A stretch of DNA of 57,822 bases from Chitinophagaceae bacterium (GTDB taxonomy: Bacteria > Bacteroidota > Bacteroidia > Chitinophagales > Chitinophagaceae), in assembly GCA_014879545.1 (NCBI GenBank), contig JACSRV010000109.1:1-57822 (forward strand), written 5' to 3'. Below the pieces are notes generated by a model. The model was not told the DNA's origin. It did no database searches and saw only the letters and a program-made list of their open reading frames with translations. Below are positions 55,983-57,822 of the stretch, one piece after another (position 1 is the stretch's first letter; each line of letters begins with the position of its first letter). The position numbers and the translations under genes were made by a program.

Positions 55983-56576
55983 CTAATGCATTCTACTTAT
56001 CTCCCGTTTCGAAAATTCAACCATATCACCCACAAAGTCAAAATAACACTGATTCAACTGATAATAAGACGCGACAAATGTGGTGTACGCCTTATCTATC
56101 GGAGGGATATACTTTGCCCGCCTGGCAAGCCCGCCCAACGACCGCTCCATTCCTTTCAGATTTCGGTAGTTAAATAGCCAATTATGCTCCTTCATATTCG
56201 GGAAATATCCGGCAAAAACCTGTGGCAGGTGCTCAATATAATTGTCGATGCTTTTATAAACCTCACTTGTGAAAGAAGCCAATGCAGCTTCATCCGGGAA
56301 GTACTTAGGATCATTCGCCAGAAAATGATCGAACAGCGTATCTATGATAGCCCCGGAGTACAGTCCGTAATCCGATCGGAATAACAACTTGGCACGTATC
56401 ACCGCCGGGTGCCTATCGGCCATCTCATCTATTGCTCTGTGCAGTAAGATGCCGTTCTTTATTCCTACGGGATAATTCTCAAGCGCCAGTCTGCCTTTTA
56501 TGTGATCGCCTATCATATTGCCCACAAGCACCTCCGCATGTCCGAAAGACAGGAATGCATGACCCAGATAATTCAT
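55983..56576 (-). CDS. acpH: Acyl carrier protein phosphodiesterase (AcpH family)
   Basis: MNYLGHAFLS, GNMIGDHIKG, GILLHRAID, DTLFDHFLA. Confidence 0.88.
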   Translation of the reverse strand: MNYLGHAFLSFGHAEVLVGNMIGDHIKGRLALENYPVGIKNGILLHRAIDEMADRHPAVIRAKLLFRSDYGLYSGAIIDTLFDHFLANDPKYFPDEAALASFTSEVYKSIDNYIEHLPQVFAGYFPNMKEHNWLFNYRNLKGMERSLGGLARRAKYIPPIDKAYTTFVASYYQLNQCYFDFVGDMVEFSKREISRMH

Positions 56577-56655
56577 ACAGCGAATTTACGCTATTTTCCC
56601 CCTGAAGACCGCGACTGTTCGCCCTCTGATTGAGGTACTGTATTTTTGCTGTCTT

Positions 56656-57084
56656 ATGAATAAACTCATTTACGCCGCATTACTTTCTACGGTCCTGCCG
56701 TTAATAGTTTCCTGCAACGCTACTGGCGGTAAAAGTACAGACGGCACACTACCCGGCACTGTAGTAGACAGCTTTTCGATCCCTGTTAAGGAAGACACAC
56801 TCAACAAGAGTATATTCTCGGTAAAGATAGTTGCAGACAGCGCTGTTGATAAAGGGATCTACATTGCTGATGTTACATTCGGCAACAACACAGCACAAGG
56901 CAAATTCACCATGCCCAGGGGAATTGAACATGTTATGCCTGTATTGAGACTCGGCAATACACCATACACGGGCATCGTGGGTTTCAAACTGGAAAAGGAC
57001 ACTTCATTTTACGACTATTTTGAGATCTCTTGCACCAAACAAAACACCCGCATGGGCTACATAAACAGCTACACTTTTGAGTAA
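56656..57084 (+). CDS. Hypothetical lipoprotein
   Basis: Lipobox IVS-C; own TATTTTTG promoter at 56641-56648 and downstream terminator. Confidence 0.78.
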   Translation: MNKLIYAALLSTVLPLIVSCNATGGKSTDGTLPGTVVDSFSIPVKEDTLNKSIFSVKIVADSAVDKGIYIADVTFGNNTAQGKFTMPRGIEHVMPVLRLGNTPYTGIVGFKLEKDTSFYDYFEISCTKQNTRMGYINSYTFE

Positions 57085-57104
57085 TCACGTCAATATACAT
57101 TCCG

Positions 57105-57145
57105 TAAAAGAACAGCGGCTGCAATTTGCAGCCGCTGTTCTTTTA
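57105..57145. terminator. Bidirectional terminator
   Basis: 20-bp perfect inverted repeat TAAAAGAACAGCGGCTGCAA-T-TTGCAGCCGCTGTTCTTTTA between convergent genes. Confidence 0.88.
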
Positions 57146-57165
57146 TAACCATCATCTTTTATTCT

Positions 57166-57822
57166 CTAGCGTATCAGTGTCAGATCACCCTTGGTCTCCA
57201 TTACCTTGCCACCGCAGTCATACTTCAGGTAGTAGAAGTACACGCCCATATCCTGTGGCAGGCCATTGAACGTACCATCCCAGTATGGGTTCGTGTTCGT
57301 CGTCTCAAACACTGTCTGACCCCAACGGTTCGTAACACGGAAGATGTGGAACCTGTGGTACCCCTGGAAGATAGGACGGAAATGATCGTTGCGGTCGTCT
57401 CCGTTCGGCGTGAACGCGTTCGGGAACTGTACAGAGCAACATGGCTCCGTATTGATCTGTTTCGTGTACGTAGCCTTACAGCCGAACGGATCCGTCACCG
57501 TCAATGATATCATGCTGCGCAGCTGCTCTGCCTTGCCCCAGATATCAGGCTTTCCGTTGTTCACAAATGAATGCTCAGGCTCCCACTTATACACACAGTT
57601 GTAATCCTTCTTGGTAGCCCAGAAATGGATGCTATCCTCCAGGCACAACTTGCTTGGTGCCGCGTACGTGAACGTCGGATCAGGGTTGATGTGTACGTTC
57701 ACCGTATCTGCTGTGATCTGTGACTTACAGCCCTCTACCGTTGCGCCCTGTATGCGCAGGATGTGACGACCACTGTCGTGCCAGCTGATCACATATGGAC
57801 CTCCGCTGTTCGAGCTGGCTGT
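57166..57822 (-). CDS. C-terminal part of a gliding-motility-associated T9SS type B (SprB-like CTD) protein, 5' truncated
   Basis: Frame is open to the window edge; Ig/PKD-like repeats (TVTDPFGC) and CTD FPNAFTPNGDDRND...NRWG..VF...WDG...G.YFY...KGDLTLIR. Confidence 0.92.
   Translation of the reverse strand, partial: TASSNSGGPYVISWHDSGRHILRIQGATVEGCKSQITADTVNVHINPDPTFTYAAPSKLCLEDSIHFWATKKDYNCVYKWEPEHSFVNNGKPDIWGKAEQLRSMISLTVTDPFGCKATYTKQINTEPCCSVQFPNAFTPNGDDRNDHFRPIFQGYHRFHIFRVTNRWGQTVFETTNTNPYWDGTFNGLPQDMGVYFYYLKYDCGGKVMETKGDLTLIR

Overview
Core-chromosome segment of a Bacteroidota bacterium, probably Chitinophagales. The assignment is inferred from the T9SS/gliding genes, the TAnnTTTG promoters and the scarcity of obvious Shine-Dalgarno motifs. 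The window opens in a truncated tRNA-Asp and holds 43 plausible CDSs. T9SS/gliding: sprA, gldJ, porU, porV and cargo proteins with type A and type B C-terminal sorting domains. Envelope: PLD lipoprotein, LpxR-like deacylase, TamB, LolE/FtsX-like permease, lspA, murF, glycosyltransferases. Housekeeping: ruvA, recQ, rbfA, mnmA, aroB-aroA-aroC, bcp, clpS, zapA, rfbC, nbaC. I saw no transposase, integrase, prophage or CRISPR array. Best leads: (1) an overlapping HipA-like kinase + DUF3037 module with no HipB-type antitoxin; (2) an ECF sigma factor coupled to a putative envelope-spanning anti-sigma with a C-terminal beta-barrel, preceded by a 15-codon upstream ORF; (3) about a dozen genes whose start codon lies 4-8 nt after the Bacteroidota -7 promoter element, implying frequent leaderless mRNAs; (4) a GT-C-like membrane protein directly after sprA; (5) a ~150-aa charged low-complexity insertion in SprA. 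All family calls come from motif recognition by eye; no database search was run.
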